Below are positions 19,053 through 29,000 of a DNA stretch of 64,000 bases, piece by piece. The DNA is from an uncultured Gemmatimonadales bacterium (GTDB lineage Bacteria > Gemmatimonadota > Gemmatimonadetes > Gemmatimonadales > Gemmatimonadaceae). The position numbers and the translations under genes were made by a program. How positions within the stretch are numbered: the first letter of the stretch is position 1; each line of letters begins with the position of its first letter. The notes beneath the pieces are model-generated. The model was not told the DNA's origin. It worked only from the letters and a program-made list of their open reading frames with translations, and did no database searches. Location of the stretch: assembly GCA_963701965.1 (NCBI GenBank), contig OY969695.1:1856001-1920000 (forward strand), in the 5' to 3' direction.

Positions 19053-20843
19053 TCAGGCGTCGCCCTTGGGCGCGGCTTTCCGGGCGCGCGGACGCGCGGC
19101 GCCGCTCGCGCGCGCCTTTGGCGCAGCGGCGCCCGACGCCGCCTTGGCCGTCGCCCGCTTGGTCTTCGCCGGACTCTTGCGCGCACCCCGGGCCGGCTTC
19201 TCTTCCACGGGCACCGTCTCCGCGGTGACCACGGGCTCGGGCGCCGGCTCCGGTTCCGCGACCACCGACGGTCGCCCGACATCGACGACGCCGATGCTCA
19301 GGAGATCGGGCGGCGGCGCGCCCCGCCCACCCAGCGGCGTGCGACCGCGGCCGGGACCGGCGCCGCGGGGACCCATGCCGCGCGGGGCGACCGGCGCCGT
19401 GCGCGTGGCCGGCGACTCCGCGTGTCGGGCCGCGGCCGCGAGATTGAGCTGCTCGGCCACCGGCGCGGCGCTAGCCGCGGGCGCTACCTCGAAGTCATCA
19501 CCCCGCCGGCGGAGATCCACCACGTCGGCGTCGTGCGCGTCGCGGAGAATACGGCCGAAGTTCTCCTGGCTGAGACTCGCGCTATCGCGTCCCAGGAGCG
19601 CACGGGCCTTGGCCCGGACATCATTGGCGCGCGCGGCACGGTCGTCAGTCGCCAGTGCGGCCACCGCCTCCCGCAGCAGCGAGAAGGCCTCGTCGCGCGT
19701 CAGGCGCTCGCCACTCACCCCGATGCCGTCGCTGCTACCGGTCGCTGCCGCGGGCGCGGGCGCGACGACCGGCGCCAAGACCGGCGCCACCGCCGCGGCC
19801 ATCGTCGCCGCCGCGGCGGGTCCCGGCGCCGGCAGCGCGGCGACCGGCGCCGCACGCTCGCGGTCCCGGTCGCGATCGCGATCGCGTCCCCGACCACCGC
19901 GGCGGCCGCGCCGGCTTCCGCGCTCCTCGGTCCCTTCCGTCGCCGTCTCCCGCACGGCCGGCACCGGGACGCCCTCGCGCGCCGGTTCGGCTGGCCGCAC
20001 CTGCTGCTCGCCGCCCGGCCAATGGGGCGGAGCGATCTCCAACTGTCCGGTGTCGAGCTTCGTCACCGACACCAGCCCGCGACCCGCGGCTTCGGTGACG
20101 AACCGCGAGAACTTGGACATGCCCAGGTTCTTCTCATCGAACGTGCTGTCGATGTCCTGCATGACTTGCTTGAGCCGGTCGGCGCGCATCACGTCGCCGT
20201 TGCGCTGCATGCGCTGGATGGCCTCGCTCACCAACTCCCACGGATCGCGGCGCCCGGCGGCGTCCTCGGAACCCGTGCGCACCAGTCCGGCGAGCGCGTT
20301 GTAGGAGTAGTACTCGTCGCAGTTCATGACGAGGAGATCGCTCGACGACTCCCGGATGCCGACGCCGATCACGTACTTCCCGTACTCCTTGAGCTTGATG
20401 ACCAGGGTCGAGAAGTCGGAGTCTCCCGACAGCAGGATGTAGGTGCCGATCTCGGGCCGGGTGAACACCAGCTCCAGCGCGTCGATCGCCAGCCGGATGT
20501 CCGTGGCGTTCTTTTTCGACGAGCCATACGCCGGTGCCATGATCATGTCGATCGAGGACTCGGCGAGCGGCGCGACATACTGGGGATAGCGGCGCCAGTC
20601 CGCGTAGGCGCGCCGGAGCTGCACCTTCCCCTTGATAATGTCGGACGCCAGCAGGTTGCGGAGCTCCGACTGGAGGTCCGATCGGATCCCCATGGTGACG
20701 TTGTCGAAGTCGATGAGCAACGCCGCGTTCGGGGAGTAGGTCACCGTGGCGGGGAGCAACGGGGCGGCGTGGGGTGCGATGTGGGCCGCGGGAACGGGCT
20801 TGGTGGTCGCTGGCGTGTTGTGGCGTGAAGGACGCGAATTCAT
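19053..20843 (-). CDS. NYN domain ribonuclease with LOTUS/OST-HTH-like domains and a basic low-complexity tail
   Basis: LIDFDNV, KNATDIRLAIDA, LSGDSDF, GKYVIGVG. FDEKNLGMSKFSRFV and ENFGRILRDA are LOTUS-like. Lys/Ala-rich C-terminus. Confidence 0.88.
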   Translation of the reverse strand: MNSRPSRHNTPATTKPVPAAHIAPHAAPLLPATVTYSPNAALLIDFDNVTMGIRSDLQSELRNLLASDIIKGKVQLRRAYADWRRYPQYVAPLAESSIDMIMAPAYGSSKKNATDIRLAIDALELVFTRPEIGTYILLSGDSDFSTLVIKLKEYGKYVIGVGIRESSSDLLVMNCDEYYSYNALAGLVRTGSEDAAGRRDPWELVSEAIQRMQRNGDVMRADRLKQVMQDIDSTFDEKNLGMSKFSRFVTEAAGRGLVSVTKLDTGQLEIAPPHWPGGEQQVRPAEPAREGVPVPAVRETATEGTEERGSRRGRRGGRGRDRDRDRDRERAAPVAALPAPGPAAAATMAAAVAPVLAPVVAPAPAAATGSSDGIGVSGERLTRDEAFSLLREAVAALATDDRAARANDVRAKARALLGRDSASLSQENFGRILRDAHDADVVDLRRRGDDFEVAPAASAAPVAEQLNLAAAARHAESPATRTAPVAPRGMGPRGAGPGRGRTPLGGRGAPPPDLLSIGVVDVGRPSVVAEPEPAPEPVVTAETVPVEEKPARGARKSPAKTKRATAKAASGAAAPKARASGAARPRARKAAPKGDA

Positions 20844-21045
20844 GTACTCGGTTACGTTGTCGGTTGCCTCGCGACCTCACCGAGCCACGCCCGAAGGACG
20901 GCGTCGGTGAAGTACCAGCGAGAGAGGGCTCGGCGTCGGACTCACCGTCCACGGTCCAACCAGCGCGCCAACGCGCATCGGCCCGTGGGCGGGCCCAACC
21001 CGATGGTCTATATACTATAATGCAGACTGTCTACTTGCCAACGCT

Positions 21046-22252
21046 ATGACCCGGTTCGGGTTCCGGACACGGCTCTTTCTCATCCTGTCGCTGTTCGCCA
21101 TCGTCCCGTCAGCGATCCTGACGGTCCTCTGGGGCGGGACACTCAGCACGGCGTTGCCGCTGCTGAGCGGGAGCGCGCCGTGGAACCGCGTGGCCGCGAC
21201 CGGGGCCACCGCGCTCACGGCCGTGCGGACCGCGCCGCTCACCGATGAACAGCGCGCCGCCCTGGCCGCGCACGAGCAGGAGCTGGCGCGTTCGGTCACC
21301 GAAGCACGGCGCTATGAGTTCCTCGCCGACCGGGCCGCGGAGGTCGTGGTTGGCGCGAGTATCGTCGCGCTGCTCATCCTGGCCCTCGTCGCGTCACGCG
21401 TCGCCGGGCATTTGAGCCGGCAGTTGAGCCGGCCGCTGGACGAGCTCGTCGGATGGACGGACCGGATCGCCCGCGCGCTTCCGTTGCCGGAGGGTCCGCC
21501 ACTGCGCGGCGCGCCCGAGTTTGCCGTACTCCGCGAGCGTATGCGCGGCATGGCCGCGGACCTGGAGCGCGGCCGGCAACGGGCGCTCGAAGCCGAGCGG
21601 CTCCGCGCGTTCCGCGAGACGGCGCGACAAGTGGCGCATGAGCTCAAGAACCCGCTGACGCCCATCCGGCTGGCCGTCACCCGGCTGCAACGCGAGGTGA
21701 CACCGGAGCTGGCGGAGACGGTCGACGTATTGGCGGTCGAGTCGGCGCGGTTGGAAGCCATGGCCAAGAGCTTCGCGCAATTCGGGCGTCTGCCCGAAGG
21801 GCCCGCGGCCCAAGTCGACATTGCCGAGATGGTCCGCTACGTCGCGCGGGCCACCGTCCCCGGACAAATTCCGCTGACATTGGACATTGATGAGGGGTTG
21901 CCGCTCGTCACCGGACACCACGATGCGTTGGCGCGCGCCCTGTCCAACGTCCTGCTCAATGCCGTCGACGCCTGCGCCGGACCGGGCGCCGCGGGGCGCA
22001 TCACCGTGTCGGCCGCCCGCGCCAACGGCGCGGTGCGCATTGCCGTGCGCGATACCGGCATCGGGATTCCCGCCGAGCATCTGGACCGCATTCTGGGAGC
22101 CGTACGTGACGCACAAGCCGGGAGGCACCGGCCTGGGGCTCGCCATCGCCCGGCAAACCGTCCTCGCCCACGAGGGCACGGTCGACGCCACGAGCACACC
22201 CGGACAAGGTACGGAGATCCGGCTGACGCTCCCTGTGACCCACACGACGTAG
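21046..22252 (+). CDS. Sensor histidine kinase, NtrY-like (extra base near 22092)
   Basis: Two TMs, [48 protein letters not shown] continues in the shifted frame. Confidence 0.9.
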
Positions 22253-22253
22253 C

Positions 22254-23639
22254 GTGGCGACCGTCCTGATCGCGGACGACGAGCCCAACATCCGGCGCAT
22301 GGTCGGAGCGTTGCTCGCCGGCGAGGGGTATGACGTGCGTGAAGCTCCCGACGGCGCCGCGGCGGTGGCCGCGGTCGCGGCGGGAGAGCCCGACGTCGTA
22401 CTGCTCGATCTCATGATGCCGGGCGCGATCGACGGGCTGGCGGCATTGGAGCGGATGCGCGCCCTGGATATCGAGCTGCCGGTCATCATGATGAGCGGCC
22501 GCGCCGGACTCGGCGATGCGGTGCGGGCGACGAAACTGGGCGCCATCAACTTCCTGGAGAAACCCCTCTCGCCCGAGGGCATCGTCCTGGCGCTGGCTTC
22601 GGCCATGGAGCTGCGGCAGGTGCGCCGCGCCGCGCGGGCCCTGCGGGAAGAGCTGGGCCTGCGGACGCGACTCGTGGGATCGAGTCAACCGATGCAGCGC
22701 GTGGCCGAATTCATTGCCCGCGTCGCGCCCAGCGACGCGCGGGTCTTGATCACTGGCGAGTCGGGCACCGGGAAAGAGCTGGTCGCCGCGGCCATTCATC
22801 AGGCCAGCCCGCGGCGGGACCGGCCGTTCGTGCGCGTCAACTGCGCCGCGATCCCGCGCGACCTGGTCGAGAGCGAGATGTTCGGTCACGAGCGCGGCGC
22901 GTTCACGGGCGCCACGGAGCGCCGGATCGGGCGCTTCGAGCTGGCGCACACCGGCACCCTGTTTCTCGATGAGGTCGGCGACCTGGGCGCCGAGGCGCAG
23001 GCCAAGCTGCTGCGCGCCATCGAGGCCCGCGAGATCGAGCGCGTGGGCGGCGCCCGCGCCATCAAGGTCGACGTGCGCATCCTGGCGGCGACGAACAAGG
23101 ATCTGCCCCGCGCCGTGACGGCCGGGGCGTTCCGCGAGGATCTCTTGTTCCGGCTCAACGTGATTCCATTGCCGGTGCCGCCGCTGCGCGAGCGCCCGGA
23201 CGACATCCCGGCGCTGGTGCGGCATTTTGGCGTGTTGGAGCACGAGCGGACGGGGCGCGCGCCGTCGCCGTGGACCCCGGAGGCATTGGCGTTCCTCGAG
23301 CGCTACGCGTGGCCGGGCAACGTGCGCGAGCTGGCGAACATTGTGGAGCGATTGGCCATTCTGCATCCAGACGAACCGGTGAGCGTGGGGCACGTGCGCG
23401 CGGTCCTGCGCACCGGACCCGCCACGCACGCCGTGCCCACGGCCGACGGCGACGAACTGCCGGCGACACAACTGGACATCGCGCTCGCCGACACGCTCGA
23501 TGCCTATGAGCGCCTGCTCATCACCCGCGCCCTGACCGCGGCCGGGGGCAACGTCACCGCCGCCGCGCGACGACTCCAGACCGATCGCCCGAACCTCTAC
23601 CGGCGGATGCGGCGGCTCGGTATTCGCGAACCGGAATGA
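22254..23639 (+). CDS. Sigma54-dependent response regulator (NtrC/NtrX family)
   Basis: Receiver IADDE/LLDLMMP, GESGTGKE, GAFTGA, LFLDE, WPGNVREL, Fis-type HTH. Confidence 0.95.
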   Translation: MATVLIADDEPNIRRMVGALLAGEGYDVREAPDGAAAVAAVAAGEPDVVLLDLMMPGAIDGLAALERMRALDIELPVIMMSGRAGLGDAVRATKLGAINFLEKPLSPEGIVLALASAMELRQVRRAARALREELGLRTRLVGSSQPMQRVAEFIARVAPSDARVLITGESGTGKELVAAAIHQASPRRDRPFVRVNCAAIPRDLVESEMFGHERGAFTGATERRIGRFELAHTGTLFLDEVGDLGAEAQAKLLRAIEAREIERVGGARAIKVDVRILAATNKDLPRAVTAGAFREDLLFRLNVIPLPVPPLRERPDDIPALVRHFGVLEHERTGRAPSPWTPEALAFLERYAWPGNVRELANIVERLAILHPDEPVSVGHVRAVLRTGPATHAVPTADGDELPATQLDIALADTLDAYERLLITRALTAAGGNVTAAARRLQTDRPNLYRRMRRLGIREPE

Positions 23640-25384
23640 ACGGCCTCCGCGCGCTGGCGCTGTGGACATGGGCCGTGGGTCTTGGGGCGCAGGAGCCGGC
23701 GGCGCGCGACACCACGCCGCTCCCGCTCCCGCGGGAGGTCGCGGTCGAAGCGGCGGCGCGTTTCAACGCACCGACGGCCCTTCGGGTGGTCGGGCGTCTG
23801 GATATCACGTCGGACCAGGCCATCAAGGGCGACGTCGCCGTGCTCACGGGTCCGGTGACCGTCGGCGGGCACATCGGCGGGCATCTTACCGTTATCAACG
23901 GCGACCTCGAGCTCCTCGCCGGCGCGACCATCGATAGCGGAATCCTCGTCGTCGGCGGCGCCCTCCGGGCGCCGACCGACACGACCGTGCACGTCGGGGG
24001 GCCGACGCTCGTATTCGCGCAGCGGCTCCGGTATCGCCGGGACGAAAGCGAGAAACTCCTCGTCGAGGACGCCGGCGATTCGACCGAAGGGTGGTGGAAG
24101 CGATGGCTCCTCGGCCGGCGTAAACGCAACTACACCGACATCACGCTCTCGTCCGCACACACCTACAATCGCGTCGAAGGACTGCCGATCTTCATCGGTC
24201 CAGCGGCCCGGCGCGAGCTGCCGTGGGGCACGATTACGGCCGACGCGCTGGGCATCGTGCGCACGCAGAACTTCAAATGGGATGCCCAGACATTCGGCTA
24301 CCGCGTGGGCGGCAATGTGCAGACGCCGGGCAATGTGCGATTCAAGGCCGGGCTGCACGTCTATGACGAGGTCGCGCCGGTCGAGAACTGGCAGTTGGGC
24401 GATGGCGAAGTCGGCCTGGCCTCGTTCTTCTTCCGCCGCGACTATCGGGACTACTATGACCGGCACGGCGGGTCGGGATCGTTCTCGGTGCTCGACGACG
24501 CACGCGGCACGCGGACGAGTGTGACGCTCTCGTTCGCCAACGAGAACTGGGGTGCGCGCGCCGAGCACAATCCCTTTGCGCTGTTCCCCACGAACGACGA
24601 TTGGCGGCCCAATCCCACGCTCGATGACGGGACGTTCCGCCTCCTCAACCTCGTCGCCCGGCTGGATACGCGGAACAGCGTCACGGACATCTGGTCCGGC
24701 TGGTACGCGACTGCCGATCTGGAATACGGCAACGGCCACGTCGACGCGTTCGGGCCACGCAGTCCGCCATCGGAGCCGCTGACCGCGACCGGACCCAGTC
24801 CGATCCCCAGCATACCGGCCCCGGGCGACGTCGCGTATACGCGCCTTTTTCTCGACGTGCGGCGGTACAATCGCCTCGCGCCCAACGCCCAGCTCAACAT
24901 CCGGGCCGTCCTGGCCGGATGGGTGGGCGGCGATCCGTTGCCGCTGGAGCGACGCCTGTCGGTCGGCGGGCCGGGTACGATCCCCGGCTTCGATTTCCGC
25001 AGCGCGGGCGACGACGCGACGAACGTCGCCAGCTGTTCGGCGACCCACGGCGCGCCCGCGGGCACGCCCGCGGAGTGCGAGCGGATCGCGCTCCTCCAGG
25101 GCGAGTTCCGCGACGAGTTCCATTTCGGGTTCCGCGCGTTTGGCCATCGGATCGAGAGCGACGGCGCCTGGGTCTTGTTCGGCGACGCGGGGCGCGGCTG
25201 GCAGGTGGGCCCGCGCGTCGGGGCGCTCCAGTACCCGGCCGATGCGTTCCCGGCGCTGCACACGTTCATGACCGATGTCGGCGTGGGTGGCATGATCGAA
25301 CCGGTGGGGATCTATGTTGCCAAAGCGCTCTCACGCCCGGAGGAGCGGCTGCACTTCGTCATACGCGTCCGCCGCACGTTCTGA
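23636..25384 (+). CDS. Outer-membrane protein with an N-terminal beta-helix-like region and an Omp85/surface-antigen-like barrel
   Basis: Signal peptide, GDVAV..GPVTVGGHIGGHLTVINGD repeats, YNRVEG, LSVGGPGTIPGFDF, FGDAGRGW, terminal Phe. Confidence 0.7.
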   Translation: MNGLRALALWTWAVGLGAQEPAARDTTPLPLPREVAVEAAARFNAPTALRVVGRLDITSDQAIKGDVAVLTGPVTVGGHIGGHLTVINGDLELLAGATIDSGILVVGGALRAPTDTTVHVGGPTLVFAQRLRYRRDESEKLLVEDAGDSTEGWWKRWLLGRRKRNYTDITLSSAHTYNRVEGLPIFIGPAARRELPWGTITADALGIVRTQNFKWDAQTFGYRVGGNVQTPGNVRFKAGLHVYDEVAPVENWQLGDGEVGLASFFFRRDYRDYYDRHGGSGSFSVLDDARGTRTSVTLSFANENWGARAEHNPFALFPTNDDWRPNPTLDDGTFRLLNLVARLDTRNSVTDIWSGWYATADLEYGNGHVDAFGPRSPPSEPLTATGPSPIPSIPAPGDVAYTRLFLDVRRYNRLAPNAQLNIRAVLAGWVGGDPLPLERRLSVGGPGTIPGFDFRSAGDDATNVASCSATHGAPAGTPAECERIALLQGEFRDEFHFGFRAFGHRIESDGAWVLFGDAGRGWQVGPRVGALQYPADAFPALHTFMTDVGVGGMIEPVGIYVAKALSRPEERLHFVIRVRRTF

Positions 25385-26008
25385 GTGCGGCGCAGCCTGA
25401 TCGTTCTCGGTCTGGCGATCGCGGCGACGGCCGGCGCCCAGCCGGCGCCGCGCATCGAGATCGCGCCGCCCCAGAGCGACGGGCCCACGGTGCGGGGTGT
25501 CGATGTGCTCAACAACGGCACGGTCCGCGATCTCATGCGCAGTGGCTTCCCGGCCCGGCTGCACTACCACGTCGAGATGTGGGGCGCGAGCGGGATCTTC
25601 AACGGGCTCGAAGGCACGCGGGACTGGGATGTCATCGCCCGCTATGACCCGCTCTCGCACCACTATCGCGCGGCGCGCATCGTCAATGACAAGGTGACGG
25701 TGCTGGGCGACTTCGATCGCGCCGCCGGCCTGGATTCGGCCATCGCCGCGCCCTACATCGTGCCGCTGGTCCCGCGCGACGTGGGCCGCCGCTACTACTA
25801 TCAGGCGACGCTGGACGTGGATGTCATCTCGTTGAGTGATCTCGACGAAGTCGAGCGGTGGCTGCGCGGCGAGCTCCGGCCGGCGGTCCGCGGCCAACGC
25901 AACCCCGGGGGCGTCGTGGGCCGCGGCATTCGGACGCTGTTCTTGAGAATCATCGGCGCCGAGAAGCGCCACTACGAGGCGCGGACGCGGATCTTCAGGA
26001 GCGGATGA
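25385..26008 (+). CDS. Exported DUF4390-like protein
   Basis: Signal peptide, LMRSGFPARLHYHVEMW, YDPLSHHY, YYYQATL. Family assignment is by eye. Confidence 0.55.
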   Translation: MRRSLIVLGLAIAATAGAQPAPRIEIAPPQSDGPTVRGVDVLNNGTVRDLMRSGFPARLHYHVEMWGASGIFNGLEGTRDWDVIARYDPLSHHYRAARIVNDKVTVLGDFDRAAGLDSAIAAPYIVPLVPRDVGRRYYYQATLDVDVISLSDLDEVERWLRGELRPAVRGQRNPGGVVGRGIRTLFLRIIGAEKRHYEARTRIFRSG

Positions 26009-26579
26009 GCACCTGGCGGTGCTCCAGCTCCTCGAGATGATGCAGCGTCTCGGCGCCGTAGAAGAGCTTGATGTACTTCGCCTGCGTCGGCGTCAGCCGG
26101 CGCACCGCCCAGCTCAGATGCACGAAGTGCGGCTCGACCGGCGGAGCGATCGGATGCATCCCGATCTCCTCGGGCAGGCGGTTGGCTTTCCGCGTGTTGC
26201 ACGGACCGCAGGCCGTGACGACGTTGTTCCAATCGTTCGTGCCGCCGCGCGACAGCGGAATGAGATGATCGCGGGTCAGGGCTTCCCGCGGCTTGAGATC
26301 GGCCGCGGTGCGCCCGCAGTACTGGCAGCGATAGCGGTCGCGCGCGAATAGGAACGTGTTCGTCACCTGCCGGCGGAAACGGCGCGGCACGTGAATGAAC
26401 TTCATCAGGCGAATCACGACCGGCCGCGGCAGCGTCAGGCGCTCCGAGCGCACCACGCGCTCGCGGTCGGCCTCGACGATCTCCGCCTTGCCGTCGATCA
26501 CGAGCCGGAGCGCGCGCCGCATCGGAACCATGGTCAATGGCTCGAACGACGCATTCAACGCCAGGCACCCGACGATCAT
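25995..26579 (-). CDS. HNH endonuclease, 194 aa, with a PLMP/RRXRR-like N-terminus
   Basis: RDRYRCQYCG, LTRDHLIPLSRGG, NVVTACGPCNTRK. GAAGGGGAG SD before ATG 26579. Confidence 0.92.
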   Translation of the reverse strand: MIVGCLALNASFEPLTMVPMRRALRLVIDGKAEIVEADRERVVRSERLTLPRPVVIRLMKFIHVPRRFRRQVTNTFLFARDRYRCQYCGRTAADLKPREALTRDHLIPLSRGGTNDWNNVVTACGPCNTRKANRLPEEIGMHPIAPPVEPHFVHLSWAVRRLTPTQAKYIKLFYGAETLHHLEELEHRQVLIRS

Positions 26580-26715
26580 ATCTCCCCTTCCCGCATACAA
26601 AAGCTCCCGCCACTAGAACAGCGGCGGGAGCTTCGGGGCGCACCGAAGTGCACCCGGGGACGAGGCATGCCCCGTCCTGTTCTGAGCGCGTGCCTTCTGG
26701 GCGCCGCGCGTCGGC
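26580..26715 (-). ncRNA. Candidate structured RNA/leader upstream of the HNH gene, ending in a terminator-like hairpin
   Basis: Consecutive stems GGACGGGG-CAUG-CCUCGUCC, GGGUGCAC-UUCG-GUGCGCCC and AAGCUCCCGCCGCU-GUUCU-AGUGGCGGGAGCUU+UUGU. AGAACAG is complementary to CUGUUCU. Confidence 0.55.
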
Positions 26716-27654
26716 TCATCTCACCGCAACCGCCGGCTCGGAGACCGGCGTCAGCCACCCATAGACATCGGGTGTCTTGCCGCGCACGATGCTCAGATAC
26801 CGTTGTTGTATCGCCCGCGTCACCGGCCCGCGCTGCCCTTCCCCGATCGGAATCCGATCGACGGACCGGATCGGCGTGACTTCCGCCGCCGTGCCGGTGA
26901 AGAACAGCTCGTCCGCGACGTACAGCATCTCCCGCGGAATTTCCTGCTCGCGCGTCTGATACCCGAGATCGCGCGCAATTTGCAAAATCGTGTCGCGCGT
27001 GATCCCGTGCAGGATCGCGCCGCCTTTGGTCGGCGTGTACAGCACATCCTCGCGCACGACGAACAGGTTCTCGCCGCTTCCCTCGGCCACGTGGCCAAAG
27101 GTGTCGAGCATGATCCCTTCGGCGTACCCGTTGACCCGCGCCTCGAGCAGCGACAGCTGCGAGTTGAGGTAGTGCCCGCCCGCCTTGGCCATCGAGGGGA
27201 ACGTGTTGGGCGCCGCCCGGTTCCAGCTGGACACGCACACATCCACGCCCTTCTCCAGCCCCTCGTCGCCGAGATAGCGGCCCCACAGCCACGGGATCAC
27301 GAAGGTCTCGACCGCGTCGGCATCGGGGAGCACGCCCATGCGCTCCCCGGACCGGATCACCAGCGGACGCAGATAGCACTCCCGCAGCTCATTCGTGGCG
27401 CACGTGTCGATGCACGCCTGGAACAGCTCATCGAACGAGAACCGCATCGGAATGCGATAGATCTTGGCCGAGTCGAGCAAACGCCGCAGATGCTCGCGCA
27501 GACGGAAAATGGCACCGCCCGACGGCGTGTCGTAACACCGGATGCCCTCGAACACACTGGATCCGTAGTGCACGACATGGTGCATGACGTGGATCGTCGC
27601 ATCGGGCCAGGCGACGAACTGCCCATCCCGCCAGATTTTCATGTTTTGCGCCAT
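26716..27654 (-). CDS. ilvE: Branched-chain amino acid aminotransferase
   Basis: HYGSSVFEGIRCY, AKAGGHYLNS, EGSGENLF, LHGITR, DELFFTGTAAEVTPI. Confidence 0.95.
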   Translation of the reverse strand: MAQNMKIWRDGQFVAWPDATIHVMHHVVHYGSSVFEGIRCYDTPSGGAIFRLREHLRRLLDSAKIYRIPMRFSFDELFQACIDTCATNELRECYLRPLVIRSGERMGVLPDADAVETFVIPWLWGRYLGDEGLEKGVDVCVSSWNRAAPNTFPSMAKAGGHYLNSQLSLLEARVNGYAEGIMLDTFGHVAEGSGENLFVVREDVLYTPTKGGAILHGITRDTILQIARDLGYQTREQEIPREMLYVADELFFTGTAAEVTPIRSVDRIPIGEGQRGPVTRAIQQRYLSIVRGKTPDVYGWLTPVSEPAVAVR

Positions 27655-29000
27655 GCTTGATGATAACGCCCTCGACCGGTCTCGCGCCACGCTGCGAGCG
27701 CGCGCGCCGACAGGCGTACGCGCTCAGTGACGGCGGGGTCAAGCACGGCGGCGCGCGTGACGTCGCGCCCGGCCACCATGACCAGACGGGCCGCGGTGCC
27801 GGGGAGCGCAAACACCAACGCATGCTCGGGGTCGAACGCGGGAATGCCGCGCGCGTGGTCCAGCGGGAAAGCCGCCAGGTCGGCGTCCTTCCCCGCCTCC
27901 AACGACCCGATGCGGGCATCGAGACCGAGGGCACGCGCGCCGCCCATGGTCGCCATCCACAGCGCTTCGCGCGCCGCGAGCGCGGTCGGCCGACCGGCCC
28001 GCGCATTTTGCATCAGCACCGCCTGCCGCGCCTCGGCCAGCAGATCCATGGCGTTGTTGCTGGCGACGGAATCCGAGCCCAGGCCGACCACGACGCCGGC
28101 GTCGAGCATCGCCCGCACCGGCGCGATCCCGTGACCGAGCTTGGCGTTCGACGCCGGACAATGGGCCACGGGGCACCGCGACTCGGCGATGAACTGAATG
28201 TCGGTCTGATCGACCTGTACGCAGTGGATGAGCAGCGGATGGGCCAGCACGATGCCCATCTCCAGCACCCAATGAACAGGTGAATGAGACCGGCGCACGA
28301 CTTCGATGCCCCGCGCGCGCAGCGCCTCGGCAAACGGACCGTCGCCGTCGCGGAGAAACGCGATTTCGGCGGCGCTCTCCGACAAATGGATCGCCACCGG
28401 CAAACGTTGGCGCATCGCGAACGCGGCGGCGTCGATCATGAGGTCATCGTGGACCGTGTACGGCGCGTGGGGTGACACGCCCAGGGTCACGAGACCGGAT
28501 TCCAGCGGGCGCAGGCGGTGGATGGCCGCCTCCAGCCCCGCCAGCGCGCTATCGTGCTGCTCGGGAGCCGGGCCGAACACCTCTTGATACATGATCCCAC
28601 GCACACCCATCTCGCGCATCGCGGTGATGGCCACGCCGGAGGAACACGTGTCGGCGTAGGTCGTGATGCCGGCCGCCAACCCTTCGGCCAGGCCGACGCG
28701 CGCGCCGTCGAGCATCGCGGCCTCATCGAGCACCGCGCCGCGGGCCTCGGTCAACGCCCGGATCCAAGGCACGAAGTCCAACCCTTCCAGGAACCCGCGC
28801 ATCCCGGTCAACTCGAGGTGCGTATGCGCGTTGACCAGTCCGGGCATGAGCACGGCATCTCCCAGGTCCCGATCTTCGCCCCGCGGTGCGTCGCGCCGGG
28901 GGCCCACCCAGGCGATCCTCCCCCCATCGACGACGACGGTGCCGTCGGCGATGGCGGGAGCAGTCATTGGCAGCACCCACCGCGCGTGATAGCGAATCAC
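27639..29000 (-). CDS. Metal-dependent amidohydrolase (MTA/SAH deaminase-like)
   Basis: MPGLVNAHTHLE, SPHAPYTV, IHLSE, HCPASN, GLGSDSVASN, GSLEAGKDAD. Confidence 0.9.
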   Translation of the reverse strand: MIRYHARWVLPMTAPAIADGTVVVDGGRIAWVGPRRDAPRGEDRDLGDAVLMPGLVNAHTHLELTGMRGFLEGLDFVPWIRALTEARGAVLDEAAMLDGARVGLAEGLAAGITTYADTCSSGVAITAMREMGVRGIMYQEVFGPAPEQHDSALAGLEAAIHRLRPLESGLVTLGVSPHAPYTVHDDLMIDAAAFAMRQRLPVAIHLSESAAEIAFLRDGDGPFAEALRARGIEVVRRSHSPVHWVLEMGIVLAHPLLIHCVQVDQTDIQFIAESRCPVAHCPASNAKLGHGIAPVRAMLDAGVVVGLGSDSVASNNAMDLLAEARQAVLMQNARAGRPTALAAREALWMATMGGARALGLDARIGSLEAGKDADLAAFPLDHARGIPAFDPEHALVFALPGTAARLVMVAGRDVTRAAVLDPAVTERVRLSARALAAWRETGRGRYHQAWRKT

